DNA of 64,000 nt from Bacillota bacterium (GTDB lineage: Bacteria > Bacillota > Clostridia > TANB77 > CAG-465). This document shows, one piece after another, positions 29,659-39,650 of the stretch; position 1 is the first letter of the stretch; each line of letters begins with the position of its first letter. The stretch is from assembly GCA_023410645.1 (NCBI GenBank), contig JAEYPQ010000040.1, positions 20,265 through 84,264 of the forward strand, given 5' to 3'. The notes under the pieces are model-generated. The model made no database searches. It was not told the origin of the DNA and was given only the letters and a program-made list of their open reading frames with translations. A program made the translations under genes and the position numbers.

Positions 29659-31317
29659 ATGAATAGAATTAAACAAAAGAAAGGAATTTCCTTAATAGTA
29701 CTAATAATAACAATTATAGTTATTATAATTTTGGCCGGTGCAATAATTTTAAATTTAACAAAAAATAATCCGATTGAATCTGCCAGAAAAGCAAAATTTG
29801 CAAGTAATATTGATCAATATGAAAGTGAACTTTTTATATGGGAATCAGGGGAAACTACAAAAACTAATGGAGAATTTGATCCAAGAGATTTAAATGCCGA
29901 TAAAGATGGAGGATCATATAAGGATTTAACAATTCAAGATATAATAACTTCAATGAATGATAATGATGCAAATAATTTTGAAATACAAGATGGAAAACTT
30001 GTATATGTAAATGAAGATAATAAACAAGAATATGAATGGGCAGATGAACTTGGAAAAACACCAGATTCAAATATTCCAACAGAACCAGAAAGAGTTGAAT
30101 CCACTTCTGATTTATGGGAGTTTGATCCGACAACTGGTACTATCATATCATACATAGGAGGTAGAACTGATAATCCATATGATAATAATATAGGAACTTT
30201 AGAAAGTATTACAATACCTAATTATGTGGATGGAGTAGCAGTAAAAAAATTGAGCAGAAGTACATTCAATAGTATACTGAAATTTGATATGACAGATGTA
30301 ACATCCTTAAAAACAGTAATTATATCTGATGGAATTGAAGAAATAGGAAACGGAGCATTTTATAATTGTCCTTCGATTACTAATGTAAAAATTCCTGATA
30401 GTGTTACAAAGATTGAATATAATGCCTTTGGAGGATGTATTAACTTGAAAGAAATAACTTTACCAAGTAATCTAGAAAATATTGGATATGCTGCATTTAG
30501 CGATTGTTCAAATCTAGAGAGTGTAAAAGTTTCAAATAAACAGTTAAATAGTGTTGTACCAGAAATTGTAGGTGGTGTAGATGAAAAAGCATTTACAAAT
30601 TGTGAAAAGTTAGTAAGTGTTGTGCTACCTGATAAATTGACAAGCATTGGCGATCATGCTTTTGCATATGCAACATCATTACAAAGTGTACATTTACCTA
30701 ATAATACAATAAGTATAGACTATGCTGCTTTTGATCAATGTAACGTATTATCAAATTTAACAATTCCTAGTAAAGTAACATCATTAAGCCAATATGCACT
30801 CACTGGTTGTTATGCTTTAAAAGATATAGTTTTAGCTAATGGTTTAGAAACAATAGGAGAGAATTGGTTTAGTAGTCTTTCTTATATAGAAAATGTTACA
30901 ATACCTAATACAGTTAAAACTATAGAATATAATGCATTTTATGCTTGTACTGGACTAAAAAATGTTATATTACCAGATAGTGTTACAACTATTGGAGATC
31001 AAGCATTTGCTAATTGTGGTGCATTAGAGAATATAAAATTATCTAGTAATTTAATAAGCATTGGGAGTGGAACTTTTTTAGCTTGTAAACTTACATCAAT
31101 AGAGTTACCAAATAAGTTAACAACAATTGGCTCAAATACTTTTTTAGGGTGTGAGCAATTAACAAGTATTACTATATCTAATAGTGTAACTTCAATTGGG
31201 GAAGGTGCATTTAATTATTGCACAAGACTTACAAGTATAACAATAAATAAACCAATTAATTCATTAACAGGTTCACCTTGGGGAGCACCAAGTGCAAATA
31301 TAAGTTGGATTGGCTAA
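29659..31317 (+). CDS. Modular surface protein: type-IV-pilin-like N-terminal module (paralogous to 3585..6371) plus BspA-type leucine-rich repeats
   Basis: Start reassigned to MNRIKQKKGISLIV... after a GGGAGG RBS. The N-terminal ~130 aa align with the 3585 protein (NNPIESARKAKF, NADKD, LVYV). The C-terminal ~20-23-aa LRR units (IP.SVT.IG..AF..C..L) are BspA/TpLRR-type. Confidence 0.75.
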   Translation: MNRIKQKKGISLIVLIITIIVIIILAGAIILNLTKNNPIESARKAKFASNIDQYESELFIWESGETTKTNGEFDPRDLNADKDGGSYKDLTIQDIITSMNDNDANNFEIQDGKLVYVNEDNKQEYEWADELGKTPDSNIPTEPERVESTSDLWEFDPTTGTIISYIGGRTDNPYDNNIGTLESITIPNYVDGVAVKKLSRSTFNSILKFDMTDVTSLKTVIISDGIEEIGNGAFYNCPSITNVKIPDSVTKIEYNAFGGCINLKEITLPSNLENIGYAAFSDCSNLESVKVSNKQLNSVVPEIVGGVDEKAFTNCEKLVSVVLPDKLTSIGDHAFAYATSLQSVHLPNNTISIDYAAFDQCNVLSNLTIPSKVTSLSQYALTGCYALKDIVLANGLETIGENWFSSLSYIENVTIPNTVKTIEYNAFYACTGLKNVILPDSVTTIGDQAFANCGALENIKLSSNLISIGSGTFLACKLTSIELPNKLTTIGSNTFLGCEQLTSITISNSVTSIGEGAFNYCTRLTSITINKPINSLTGSPWGAPSANISWIG

Positions 31318-31504
31318 ATAATAAAGATTAAAACTAATAATTGAATAGCCTAAGAATATATAATAGTATACTCTTAGGTTATTTTATATAAATTTAATAA
31401 TGATTGTAACTCTACTAATAGTGGAGTTATATATTCTACTATTAATGGGTGGAATATTTTAATACAAAATGTTATTATATATCTATGAAAGGATGTGTCT
31501 TCTT

Positions 31505-32368
31505 ATGGATCAAATAAAAATAGGTAAATTTATTGCCAGGCTTAGAAAAGGAAAAAATATGACCCAACAAAATTTGGCTGATAAATTAGGTGTTAGTTTT
31601 AAAACCATTTCAAAATGGGAAACTGGTAAAGGTATGCCAGACTTGTCAATATTACAAAAGTTATGTGAAGAATTAGGAATATCAATAAATGATTTACTTT
31701 ATGGTGATATAATAGATTCTAAGAATTTTAAAAAAGTTTCAGAAGAAAACTTAATAAATAATACTAAATTTATAACTAAGTTAAATTTAAAGAAAATATA
31801 TGTCAATTCGTTAACTTTTATGTATTTGTTAAGTATAGTAATTTGTTTAATATGTGATTTATCAATAAATAAAAAATTTACTTGGTTTCCAATTGTATTA
31901 GTATCAATAGCAATAGGATATTGCATAACAGTACTACCAATATTATTAAGAAAAAAAAGAAGTATAATAATTTTATCCATAGTAACAGTATTAACTTATT
32001 TATTAATTTATATAATATGTAGTTTTGTAAATGGAGATTGGCTTTGGAATATGGGTTATCCTATAGTGACTACAAGTTTTTTATTTATCTGGATGTTATA
32101 TTTAGTGTTTATTTTAAAAATAAAAACATTATTAAAAGTTTCATTTGGAACTTTAATAATAGGAACTTCAACTATCGTTATAAATTCACTAGTTAATTCA
32201 CACATAGAAGGTACTAGTATATTGAGTGAACTTTCTAGATACTTTACAAATGATAATGATATGAAGATAATTGGAAATAAGATTGCATTTTATTGTGCTT
32301 TAACTATCTTTATTTTTACATTTTTAGTACATGTATCAAGTGCTATATCAAAAAGAGAAAAAAATTAA
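31505..32368 (+). CDS. XRE-family HTH domain protein with a C-terminal multi-TM region
   Basis: HTH_3 region TQQNLADKLGVSFKTISKWETGKGMPDLSILQKLCEELGISINDLLYG, followed by about 6 hydrophobic helices. The start choice (31505 versus 31469 or 31493) is uncertain. Confidence 0.6.
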   Translation: MDQIKIGKFIARLRKGKNMTQQNLADKLGVSFKTISKWETGKGMPDLSILQKLCEELGISINDLLYGDIIDSKNFKKVSEENLINNTKFITKLNLKKIYVNSLTFMYLLSIVICLICDLSINKKFTWFPIVLVSIAIGYCITVLPILLRKKRSIIILSIVTVLTYLLIYIICSFVNGDWLWNMGYPIVTTSFLFIWMLYLVFILKIKTLLKVSFGTLIIGTSTIVINSLVNSHIEGTSILSELSRYFTNDNDMKIIGNKIAFYCALTIFIFTFLVHVSSAISKREKN

Positions 32369-32528
32369 ATATATATTTAAACAGAGCATAGAAATATGTT
32401 CTTTTTTTATACAAAATTAAAAATAATAAAATATGAAAATATTTGTTAAATAAATAATTATAATTGAGAAATTTATAAAAATATGATATATTAAAGTAAA
32501 TATTAGATAATTAAAAAAGGAGTAATAT

Positions 32529-35500
32529 ATGGCAAATAAATGGACAAATGAACAACAATTAGCAATAGATAAACAAAATGCAAATATTTTAGTATCTGCA
32601 TCAGCAGGAAGTGGAAAAACTGCTGTTTTAGTTGAGCGTGTTATAAATAAGGTTATTAAATATAATATCGATATAGATAAGATTCTAGTTGTTACATTTA
32701 CTAACGCTTCTGCAGTTGAACTTAAGGAAAGATTATTACTTGCTATATATAAAGAATTAGATAAAAGTAAAAATAATTTATTTTTAAAAAGGCAATTACA
32801 ATATATAAATAGAGCTAGTATAACAACTATACATTCATTTTGCTTAGATATTATAAGACAAAATTTTTACATATTAAATTTAGATCCAAATTTCAAAATA
32901 TGTGATGAATCACAAAGCGTAATCTTAAAAACAAAGGCAATGAATAAAATACTCGAACAAAAATATATAGAATATAGTGAAAAAAATAGTAATCAAGATG
33001 TAGGGTTATATAAAGTACTAAGATTATTTTCTGGTAAAGAAGAGAATATGGGAGATATATTATTTAAACTTTATTCATATATTCAAAGTTTCGACTATCC
33101 GTTTGAATGGCTTGAATATCAAATAAATAAATATAATATTGATATAGAGAAAAATGAAAATTTAGATTTAATAGAAACAGAATTTGGAAAAGAAATATTT
33201 AATGATGCCATTTTAGAGATTGAGATACTTTCGAAAAGAATAGAAGATATGTTAGATATTTTAAGAGGTCAAGATGATTTTTTAAAATACATAGAAATGT
33301 TAGATAGTGATAATTATAGTTTAAGAACATGTTTAAAGAGTTCTTCTTGGGAAGAACTTTATGAGAACTTAAATAGTATGAGATTTGTAACAGCCCCTAG
33401 AAAATTTAGTGGCAGTAATATAGAACTTAAAGATAGTATATTAAATTTAAGAGATGAAGTAGTAAAAAAGACTATAAAGAAGCTTAGTAAGAGTATTTAT
33501 ACAAAAAGTATAAATATATTGAAGGAGAATAAAAGTGCATATGAATATATAAGATATATTTTTGAAATGTTAAAAGATTTTGATATAGAATATAAAAAAT
33601 TAAAAGAAGAAGAAAATTTAATAGATTTTAATGATATTGAACATTTAGCATTAAATTTGCTTGTTAACAAAAATGGTAATGAATATGAACTAACAGATGT
33701 GGCAAAGAATGTTCAAAAAAAATTTAGTGAGGTATATACTGATGAATATCAAGATACCAGTTTTATACAAGAAGCAATATTAGAGGCCGTATCAGGATCT
33801 AAGAATAGATTTATGGTAGGTGATATAAAACAAAGTATATATAGATTTAGACAGGCTATGCCAGAAATATTCAATAAAAAGTATGATGATTATAGTATTA
33901 TAGACGATAGTGAAAGTAGTGATAATTATAATTGTAAAATAGTTCTTGCAAAAAATTTTAGAAGTAGAAGCAATGTTATAGATAGTATAAATTACATATT
34001 TACAAGAATAATGAGTAAAGAAAATGGAGATTGTGATTATTCTGATATAGAAACTCTTAAGTTTGGAGCAACTTTATATGAAGAAAATAAGGATGTTGAT
34101 TATACAACTGAAGTAAATATCATAGATTTAAAGTCGGCAAATGCCGATAATGATATTGAAATAGAAAGTCAAGATAACGATGAAGAAACTTTAAACTATA
34201 TTAAAGAATTAAAAGATTTTGAAATTGAATCTATATGTATCGCTAAAAAGATTCAGGAATTAATGCAAAATTTTAAAGTATACAATATTAATAATAAAGA
34301 ATTTACAAATTTGAAATATAAAGATATAGTAATACTTTTAAGAGGAATAAAAGATAAAGGAACTATTATTGAGAATACTTTAAAAAAATATGGAATTCCA
34401 GCTTTTTCTGATGCAACTACTAGTTTATTTGATAGTGATGAAGTAAAACTTGTATTATCTTTTTTACGTGTAATTAGTAATCCTCTTCAAGATATTCATA
34501 TGATAAGTATAATGTACAGTATAATTGGGAATTTTACCTTATCAGAACTTGCGATAATTAGAAGTTATAATTCAAAAGAAGACTTATATTATAACATTAA
34601 TGAGAAAATAGTAGAACTAAGAAATAAGGAAAAATTATCTTTAAATGATAAAATACTTTTAAATAAATTAATTAATTTTTCTGAAATACTTAATAAATTT
34701 ATGAAAATTTCAAGAGTATATAAAGTAAGTGATTTATTAACAATAATATATAAAGATACAAATATATATTATCAATTTGCAACTCAAAAATCAGCTAAAA
34801 TAAAAAAATCTAATCTTGATTTACTTTTAGAATATGCAATAAAGTATGAAAGTGAATCAGATTCAAATATAGATTCATATATATCATATATTGATAAACT
34901 TATTGAAAACCCAAACAACTCAAATTCAACTGCAAAAATACTTGGAGAGAATGAAGATGTTGTAAGGATTATGACAATACATAAGTCAAAAGGATTAGAA
35001 TTCCCAGTTGTAATACTTTGTGATACTTCAAAAAAATATAATGTAAGAGATTCTCATGATTATATAACAATGCATCATAAGTTTGGAATTGGTATTAATG
35101 TTGTAGATGACAATTACAATGTTACTTATCCATCTGTGATTAAGCAAGCAATTAAAAGTGCAACTGTAAAAGATACAAAGTCAGAAGAATTAAGAATGCT
35201 GTATGTTGCCCTTACAAGAGCAAAGGAAAAACTTATAATTTTTTCTACTGTAAAAGATTATGAGCAAAAGATTAAATCGCAATTTGTAATGTATAAGGAA
35301 AATGCTATTGATCCAGTTATAGTCTCAAAAAATAATAATTATTTTGATAATATTCTAATGTCGCTTAATGATTACAATAATGATGATAACATTTTCAAAA
35401 TTAATATTATAAATCCTGTTGATGTTGTTACAAGTTTAAGTGAACAAGAAAATATAATTGATATGTCTAAGATAATGGATAATATTAAGAAAGAAAATGA

Positions 35501-36239
35501 TATTAATATTACTAATTTAAAAGAAAATATAGAAAAAATAAAAGAACATATGAATTATACATATGAATTTTCTAAAGATACTAATGTAAAAAAAAGAGTA
35601 AGTGTAAGTGAATTAAAAAAACCTTCTCTCGATGACATAGAAGAAGCAGATATTATTACAAACACAGAAAATATAGACTTAGAATTTAATATACCAGATT
35701 GTATTAATGATGAAAATACACAAAAATATACTCCTGTTAGAAAAGGTACTCTAGTTCATTTTGTACTTGAGCATTTAGATTTTAAAAAAATAAACACTAG
35801 AGAAGATATAAAAGGATATATCGAAGAATTAATTAATGAAAATATTATAACTAAATCAGATGCAAATCAAATAGATATAAATAACATATATAATTTTATA
35901 TGTTCTGGTATTGGTATTAAGTTAAAAAATTCCAAAGAGATACATAGAGAAGAAGAGTTTGTACTTATTGATAAACAAATTTCTAAAAGTATTATTCAAG
36001 GTATAATAGATCTATATTATATCGATGAAAATGATAATATAATACTTGTAGACTTTAAAACAGATAGACTAAATAATAGACAAGATTTTATAGATAAATA
36101 TGAGAAACAGTTATATATATATAAAGAGGCAATTGAAAAACTTATTAATAAAAAGGTATATAAAGTATATATTTATTCATTTAATCTAAATACGGAAATA
36201 GAGATAAGTTATGATGAAAGGAAATATGATGGAAGATAA
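32529..36239 (+). CDS. addA: ATP-dependent helicase/nuclease subunit A (AddA/RexA type)
   Basis: UvrD-type motifs AGSGKTAVLVERV, VVTFTNASAVELKERL, VGDIKQSIYRFR, KNFRSRSNVID, LYVALTRAKEKL, and the C-terminal RecB-nuclease motif IDLYYIDENDNIILVDFKTD. 1236 aa. Confidence 0.85.
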   Translation: MANKWTNEQQLAIDKQNANILVSASAGSGKTAVLVERVINKVIKYNIDIDKILVVTFTNASAVELKERLLLAIYKELDKSKNNLFLKRQLQYINRASITTIHSFCLDIIRQNFYILNLDPNFKICDESQSVILKTKAMNKILEQKYIEYSEKNSNQDVGLYKVLRLFSGKEENMGDILFKLYSYIQSFDYPFEWLEYQINKYNIDIEKNENLDLIETEFGKEIFNDAILEIEILSKRIEDMLDILRGQDDFLKYIEMLDSDNYSLRTCLKSSSWEELYENLNSMRFVTAPRKFSGSNIELKDSILNLRDEVVKKTIKKLSKSIYTKSINILKENKSAYEYIRYIFEMLKDFDIEYKKLKEEENLIDFNDIEHLALNLLVNKNGNEYELTDVAKNVQKKFSEVYTDEYQDTSFIQEAILEAVSGSKNRFMVGDIKQSIYRFRQAMPEIFNKKYDDYSIIDDSESSDNYNCKIVLAKNFRSRSNVIDSINYIFTRIMSKENGDCDYSDIETLKFGATLYEENKDVDYTTEVNIIDLKSANADNDIEIESQDNDEETLNYIKELKDFEIESICIAKKIQELMQNFKVYNINNKEFTNLKYKDIVILLRGIKDKGTIIENTLKKYGIPAFSDATTSLFDSDEVKLVLSFLRVISNPLQDIHMISIMYSIIGNFTLSELAIIRSYNSKEDLYYNINEKIVELRNKEKLSLNDKILLNKLINFSEILNKFMKISRVYKVSDLLTIIYKDTNIYYQFATQKSAKIKKSNLDLLLEYAIKYESESDSNIDSYISYIDKLIENPNNSNSTAKILGENEDVVRIMTIHKSKGLEFPVVILCDTSKKYNVRDSHDYITMHHKFGIGINVVDDNYNVTYPSVIKQAIKSATVKDTKSEELRMLYVALTRAKEKLIIFSTVKDYEQKIKSQFVMYKENAIDPVIVSKNNNYFDNILMSLNDYNNDDNIFKINIINPVDVVTSLSEQENIIDMSKIMDNIKKENDINITNLKENIEKIKEHMNYTYEFSKDTNVKKRVSVSELKKPSLDDIEEADIITNTENIDLEFNIPDCINDENTQKYTPVRKGTLVHFVLEHLDFKKINTREDIKGYIEELINENIITKSDANQIDINNIYNFICSGIGIKLKNSKEIHREEEFVLIDKQISKSIIQGIIDLYYIDENDNIILVDFKTDRLNNRQDFIDKYEKQLYIYKEAIEKLINKKVYKVYIYSFNLNTEIEISYDERKYDGR

Positions 36240-37083
36240 ATTTGAGACACAAGATATAGCACATATAAAAAATGGTGATGTAGAATATTTGCAATTTAAA
36301 ATATTAAATAAATATAGTAATAAGCTAAAGCATGCAATTACGTTAAGCCATGGTGGAGTAAGTGGTAATGAATACAAATCACTTAATTTCAGAAGTTCAG
36401 GAAAAGACTTAAGAGAAAATGTGTCTGAGAACTTAAATATTATTTGTAATAAGTTGGGTATTAATTCATACGATGTATATAAGGCAAGGCAAGCACATAC
36501 AGATAATATATTAATAATTAATAATGAAAATAAAAATGGATACGCTTTTAGAGAATTTAAAGACGATGAATACGATGGATATATTTTAAATGAAAATAAT
36601 ATAGCAACATTAGTTACCACAGCAGATTGCAATCCAGTAATAATATATGATCCGGTAAAAAATATTGTGGCAAATATACATAGTGGATGGAAAGGAACAG
36701 TAAAACAAATATATTTAAAAGCAATAGATATTTTACATTATAAGTTTGGTTCTAATTATAATAATTTAATAGTTTGTGTTGGACCTTCAATAGGTAAATG
36801 TTGTTTTGATAGTGAAGAAGAAAAATTTAAAGAAAATTTTATAAATGTTTGGAAAAATGAAAAAGATTATTTATCGTATGAAAAAAATAGTAAAAGATTT
36901 CATATTGATCTTCCATATTTAATAAAAAGTGATTGTATAAAAATTGGCGTAAAAGAAGAAAATATAATACTCTCAAATATATGTACTATGTGTAATAATG
37001 AAGATTTTTTCTCATATAGAAAAAATACAAAAGATGGAAAAAAGGATTATGGCACAGGTGCTACAATAGTGGAGCTTATATAA
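36226..37083 (+). CDS. pgeF: Peptidoglycan editing factor PgeF (YfiH/LACC1 family)
   Basis: HSGWKGT, CVGPSIGKCCF and CTMCNNEDFFSYRKN motifs. The 5' end overlaps the addA stop, and the start is ambiguous (36211, 36226 or 36229). Confidence 0.75.
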   Translation: MMEDKFETQDIAHIKNGDVEYLQFKILNKYSNKLKHAITLSHGGVSGNEYKSLNFRSSGKDLRENVSENLNIICNKLGINSYDVYKARQAHTDNILIINNENKNGYAFREFKDDEYDGYILNENNIATLVTTADCNPVIIYDPVKNIVANIHSGWKGTVKQIYLKAIDILHYKFGSNYNNLIVCVGPSIGKCCFDSEEEKFKENFINVWKNEKDYLSYEKNSKRFHIDLPYLIKSDCIKIGVKEENIILSNICTMCNNEDFFSYRKNTKDGKKDYGTGATIVELI

Positions 37084-37138
37084 TATGTGTATAATTTGTG
37101 AAAAAATGATTATTAGCAAATAAATTAATATTATATTA

Positions 37139-37167
37139 TTGACTTGTAAAATTATGTCTGATATAAT
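37139..37167 (+). promoter_or_regulatory. Sigma-A-type promoter (-35 TTGACT, 17-nt spacer, -10 TATAAT)
   Basis: Consensus hexamers about 30 nt upstream of the pgsA GGGGAGG RBS. Confidence 0.55.
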
Positions 37168-37196
37168 AAGCCAAGATAAAGGGGAGGAACATATAT

Positions 37197-37811
37197 ATGT
37201 TTAATAAAATGAATTTACCAAATAAATTAACAATTATAAGAATAATCTTAGTACCAATTTTTGTAATTTTTATGAGTTTAAATGCTGAATGGATATGGCC
37301 ACTTTACGTAGCTTTAGGAATTTTTGTTGTAGCAGCATTTACAGATTTTTTAGATGGAAAAATATCAAGAAAAAAAGGTTTAGTTACTAAGTTTGGAAAA
37401 ATTATGGATCCACTTGCAGATAAACTATTAATCTCAGCTGGTTTTATTATGCTAACAGGTCTTGGAGTTATTCCAGCATGGATTACTGCTATAATAATAT
37501 TTAGAGATTTCTTCGTAAACTCTTTAAGGATGTTCGGTGCAGATAAAGGAAGCGATTTAGCAGCAGTACTAAGTGGAAAAATTAAAACAACATTCCAACT
37601 TCTTGGTGTAATACTTGCAATTTTAGATAGAGCATTTGTAACTAAATTTGGATTTGGTTCATTTGCATTCAATGCACTTAATATGAGTATACCAGGTCTT
37701 TTAATAAATGTATTAATGACTGTTGCAGTATCAGTTGCAGTAGTGGCTACAATATGGTCTTTAGTAGAGTATATATTTAAATTCAAAAAGGATATAAATG
37801 TAGAAGAATAA
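37197..37811 (+). CDS. pgsA: CDP-diacylglycerol--glycerol-3-phosphate 3-phosphatidyltransferase
   Basis: CDP-alcohol phosphatidyltransferase motif DFLDGKISRKKGLVTKFGKIMDPLADKLL. Confidence 0.85.
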   Translation: MFNKMNLPNKLTIIRIILVPIFVIFMSLNAEWIWPLYVALGIFVVAAFTDFLDGKISRKKGLVTKFGKIMDPLADKLLISAGFIMLTGLGVIPAWITAIIIFRDFFVNSLRMFGADKGSDLAAVLSGKIKTTFQLLGVILAILDRAFVTKFGFGSFAFNALNMSIPGLLINVLMTVAVSVAVVATIWSLVEYIFKFKKDINVEE

Positions 37812-37944
37812 ACAATAAAAAATTCAAGTAAATTTATTTACTTGAATTTTTTGTTTTAAATATAAAATATTGAAAATATTTAAAATAATGTGGTAAAATA
37901 TTTATATGAACTAAAAATATAGTTTATTTGAAAGGAATTTTATT

Positions 37945-38577
37945 ATGGATTTTAAAGAAGAATTAAATAAAAATGTAAATAAGGAATTTGAATTACCTAA
38001 TTTAGTGAAAATGGCAGATATAGAAAATTTAGATGTACCTCAAAATTTAAAGAATATTAAAGAAAGAATAAAAAACATTTTAAATTTTAGAAATGAGCAT
38101 CAAGATTATAATCCAAATTGTAATGAATTAATGGATGTAATGATTGATTTGAATAATGGTTTATCTAAGGAACAAAAAGAAAAAAATCCTAATATTGAAA
38201 GTTGTCATAAATTAACACTTGGTTTTAACGTTCTATATGATAATGTTATTAATCAATCTTTATTAGGTAATGGTTATGCAAATAAAGATTCAGGTTTATA
38301 TAAGCTTTTTGAAAATGTAAAGAATAATATGGAAGAACCTGAAAGAATCAATTTAGAAACGAAAGAATATTTAAAAGTACTAGCAGGAACTAATTATTAT
38401 CAACGTGAAATGTTAAAAAATTCTAATGAAGTTGTTTATCCAAATAATTCAGAAAAAGAAGTGATAAATGATTCTGATAATTATGATATACCTGAAAGTT
38501 TAGAAGCAATTACTGAAGAGATAAAAAATGATATTAATAATCCAGATAGAATGAAAGAAATTGATAAATCAATATAA
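37945..38577 (+). CDS. Hypothetical acidic protein
   Basis: ORF with a GGAA RBS. No motif recognised. Confidence 0.35.
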   Translation: MDFKEELNKNVNKEFELPNLVKMADIENLDVPQNLKNIKERIKNILNFRNEHQDYNPNCNELMDVMIDLNNGLSKEQKEKNPNIESCHKLTLGFNVLYDNVINQSLLGNGYANKDSGLYKLFENVKNNMEEPERINLETKEYLKVLAGTNYYQREMLKNSNEVVYPNNSEKEVINDSDNYDIPESLEAITEEIKNDINNPDRMKEIDKSI

Positions 38578-38601
38578 ATTAATTTTTATAAAGGAGCAAA
38601 A

Positions 38602-39609
38602 ATGATATATCCAAGTAAATTAAAATTAAATGATACAATAGGAATTGTAGCTGTTTCAGATGGAGCTAATTTAAGTAAGATAGATTATTCAATAAGAAAT
38701 TTTGAAAATATTGGATTTAAAATAGTAGAAACACCACATGCAAGAAACTCAAAATATTTAGTAAGTAGTTCTGGTAAAACAAGAGCAGAAGAATTTATGA
38801 ATTTATGGAAAAGTGATAGAATTTCATGCATTATTTCTGCACGCGGTGGAGAATTTTTAATGGAAATGCTACCATATTTAGATAAATATAAAAATGAAAT
38901 ATTGAAATATAAAACAAAATGGGTACAAGGTTTCTCAGATACTAGTTTATTATTATATTATTTAACAACTAATTTTAATATAGCTACAATACACGCTGGA
39001 AACTTTGGCGAATTTTCTATGAAAGAATTTCATGAATCATTAAAAGATAATATAAGATTTCTTACCAGAAATGAAGAATTTGTTCAAAATAGCTTTAGCA
39101 GATATCAAATTGAAGAAAAAGAAGATGATCCACAAAACGGATATAATTTAACAGAAGATGTAAAATATAAATTAATAGATAATGAGAAAAAGGCACAGTT
39201 TAGTGGAAGACTTATAGGTGGTTGTATTGATATTCTATCAATTTTACTTGGAACGAAATATGATAATACTGTTAAATTTTGTAATCAGTTTGAAGAAGGC
39301 ATGATTTGGTATATAGATAATTATGAAATGAATGCAGCAGAATTACACAGAAGATTATGGCAGATGAGAGAGGCAGGCTGGTTTAATAATGTAAAAGGTT
39401 TTTTATTTGGTAGAAGCTATGGTGGAAATAAAATAGGAGACTTTGGATTTTTAGAAGCAATACATTATTCATTAGAAGATATTGGTGTCCCTATAATTTA
39501 TGATGTGGATATAGGACATCTACCACCACAATTTACCATAATTAATGGTGCGTATACAGAAGTTGAGTATAATGAGGGCAAAGCAACTATTATACAAAAA
39601 TTAATATAA
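38602..39609 (+). CDS. LD-carboxypeptidase (S66 family, LdcA/MccF-like)
   Basis: N-terminal LKLNDTIGIVAVSDGANL and overall S66-like layout. AAGGAG RBS. Confidence 0.7.
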   Translation: MIYPSKLKLNDTIGIVAVSDGANLSKIDYSIRNFENIGFKIVETPHARNSKYLVSSSGKTRAEEFMNLWKSDRISCIISARGGEFLMEMLPYLDKYKNEILKYKTKWVQGFSDTSLLLYYLTTNFNIATIHAGNFGEFSMKEFHESLKDNIRFLTRNEEFVQNSFSRYQIEEKEDDPQNGYNLTEDVKYKLIDNEKKAQFSGRLIGGCIDILSILLGTKYDNTVKFCNQFEEGMIWYIDNYEMNAAELHRRLWQMREAGWFNNVKGFLFGRSYGGNKIGDFGFLEAIHYSLEDIGVPIIYDVDIGHLPPQFTIINGAYTEVEYNEGKATIIQKLI

Positions 39610-39610
39610 A

Positions 39611-39650
39611 AAAGAAAAGCAAATATATTCCTATATTTGCTTTCTCTTAT
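39611..39650. terminator. Bidirectional Rho-independent terminator
   Basis: 12-bp stem AAAGCAAATATA / TATATTTGCTTT with loop TTCC, lying between convergent genes. Confidence 0.7.

Noticed and set aside
36186-36632. 148-aa minus-strand ORF spanning the addA/pgeF junction
   Set aside because: It is antisense to two supported genes.
37304-37786. 160-aa minus-strand ORF inside pgsA
   Set aside because: pgsA has the diagnostic CDP-alcohol phosphatidyltransferase motif on the plus strand.
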